From: Magallana gigas
Lineage: Eukaryota
Reading direction: 5' to 3'
Assembly: GCF_963853765.1 (NCBI RefSeq)
Contig: NC_088859.1
Span: 33,542,001 to 33,606,000, forward strand
DNA length: 64,000 nucleotides
Made by a program: the position numbers and the translations under genes
The notes under the pieces: model-generated
Databases searched by the model: none
Seen by the model: the letters and a program-made list of their open reading frames with translations, nothing else
Told to the model about the DNA's origin: nothing
Shown here: one piece after another, positions 62,073 to 64,000 of the stretch
Position numbering within the stretch: position 1 is the first letter of the stretch
How the letters are laid out: the number at the start of each line of letters is the position of its first letter

Positions 62073-62614
62073 ATTAAATATAAAACTTGGCTCTGTCCTA
62101 ACCCCTCCCCCCCCCCCCTTTTTTAAAGGATGCTACATGTACGTGCCTGTATGTCAACCTTAATTAAAATTTAATGATAATCAGAATCTTCAATCATGTC
62201 TACAAATCTCAAAACATGTATTTTAAAGCATATAAGGCCAATTTCTGTCTCTATAATACGATTTTTTAGTTTAATGACATTCACTCTATGTTCATCTGTT
62301 CATGCAAATTGCAATTTGCATGTCGTAAACTTTGCTTTTCATTAGACATTTAACTTTGAGAATTGGATAAATTATGACTATAGTCCCCATAGTCATAATG
62401 ACATAATTACATTAATCAACTTACACTAGCATTGACTAGAACGGTGACTAAAAGTAGTCAAGAAACTTCGTCGAAGTCGTCAGTGTCGCCGCCGGAATCT
62501 ACACCGGATTTCATCTACGCACAGTATACGCCGGTAATAAATCGATAAACGTAGAGTTTACTTTTCCGGTATATTACCCCCCCCCCCCCCCCCCCTCCAA
62601 ACTGCGTTAATTTT

Positions 62615-63826
62615 TAAGGGAATTTGGACACGATTTGAGATCAATTTTTTTTATGTAACCGCTTCAGCTTTTTCATAGGACGTATAACAAACAAATTATT
62701 TTAAATTAAGTAAAAAATAAAATATAAGAACATTTAATTGCAATCTAATTAAAATTTGCATTCATTGCACTTGCTTTGTTATGCTGGTAATGCTAAATTA
62801 CCTATTGAGATAGGTAGATGGTTTAATATTCCTAGAGAAAACAGAATTTGTAAACTATGTACCTGCAATGAAATAGGGGATGAATTTCACTACCTTTTCA
62901 AATGTACTGATGTATATATATCCAATTCAAGGGTTAGATGTTTACCAAAATATTTCATAACAAATCCAAATGTTGTAAAATTTGAAAAACTGTTTAATGT
63001 CACAAACATAAACCAACTTACCAATATTTGTAAATTATTAGATACTATATTTGAAAGAGTTAGCTCTCTTGGTTAAATTATATCTGTTATCCCTTCATCA
63101 TGCCTGTACCATTGATTTTCATGTATTATATATATTGTAGTTTGTACATACTGTACATATGTTTTTTCTCTACACTGTAAATTCAGTTATGAGAATAAAG
63201 TTCATTGTCATTGTCATTGTCATTGTTAATTTCAATTAAATCACTCTAATTAAAATTAGACGTTCTGAATCCGCTACCGCTTCTCAAAATTAAATTGTTG
63301 ATTACAAAGCAAAGAATTTCAAACTCTGTATCGTGTTTATAACTCAATGGTTGACTTTCAAATTTTGACAAAGAATAAAATATACCCATACTTAGAACCA
63401 TTTTAACAAGACCTTGGACTTTCGGTTATAGACGTAGCTATCTATTTCTTGTGCCAAGACAAGTTAAAAATGACGCAGTTTCAAGCGAAATATACACCGA
63501 TTGCGTAGTCTTAACTCAAAAGCCAGACAAATCTTGTTGATTTCAAAGAGCCATGGCAGATTGGCCAGCAATGAAATAGACAGGCATTCGTCACATTGCT
63601 GTTTGACACAACTACCCAAAGTCCAAGCTCTTGTTAAAATTGTTCTATTATTCTAGATATTAAAAATGGAAATATAAATAAACAACTGCTAGATCCTAGA
63701 AAAGTTATTTAACAAGCAAGATAATAATGTCTACATGCAATATCTTATTAGTTGCTTTACCATCTTTAGAAGTCAGGGATTTCTGATCCGCTCCAATACT
63801 CACAAACAGATCAGAAACCATTGACT
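62615..63826 (+). mobile_element. Probable Kolobok-like non-autonomous element (left end TTAAGGGAATTTGGACACGATTTGAGATCA; similar end at ~28495), interrupted by a LINE
   Basis: GACACGATTTGAGATCA motif shared with ~28505-28525. No right TIR identified. Confidence 0.4.
62756..63226 (+). mobile_element. Second 5'-truncated LINE 3' fragment
   Basis: KLPIEIGRWFNIPRENRICKLC...DEFHYLFKC...R, followed by AATAAA and a (CATTGT)4 tail. Confidence 0.85.
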
Positions 63827-64000
63827 CAGGCACGTAGCATCAGGGGGGGGGGGGGCCTGCCCCCCCCCCCCCCCCCCACTTTTTCTTGCAGCAAGAAATT
63901 TTTTAAAATTTACATATAAAATAATGAATCATAATGGAGTTGCCCCCCCCCCCCCCCCACGGATGAGGAATATCAGGATTTGGAGGGGAAAAAAAAATTT

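Larger units (their letters stand above)
59051..62149. mobile_element. G/C-run MITE (CAGGCACGTA(CATG)TAGCA family) hosting two nested transposons; another copy starts at ~63827
   Basis: Right end GATGCTACATGTACGTGCCTG and degenerate left end GCATTCATGTAGCAATGGGGG. The sequence is continuous across the 59084-61060 and 61201-62072 insertions. Confidence 0.5.

Overview
AT-rich eukaryotic DNA, most likely Pacific oyster (Magallana/Crassostrea gigas) or a close relative, judged from a Cg170-like ~168-bp satellite inside a Helentron-type element, bivalve C1qDC genes and the repeat families. Left to right: (i) a tandem pair of two-exon C1q-domain genes, one intact and one with a broken first exon; (ii) an intronless orphan gene rich in PKA sites; (iii) a ~27-kb head-to-tail array of eight divergent nAChR-like Cys-loop receptor genes, all on the minus strand; (iv) a spliced ATF3/JDP2/Fos-like bZIP gene that the ORF track misses, with a canonical kappaB site and a uORF-rich putative leader exon; (v) five-exon ZDHHC4; (vi) a nested transposon island that includes an internally deleted MULE still encoding an intact 7-exon PHD+FLYWCH protein. 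In the receptor array, six genes are intronless and two share one intron. All keep the Cys-loop and TM1-4, but lack the loop C vicinal cysteines, have a shortened loop C, and vary in pocket and pore residues. All eight have a SOX-type motif upstream. The array is the best candidate for an undescribed system: a possible oyster chemosensory ion-channel repertoire analogous to cephalopod chemotactile receptors. The bivalve nAChR expansion itself is already known; a chemosensory role is inference. All exon boundaries, alignments and counts were done by eye, and no database searches were run.
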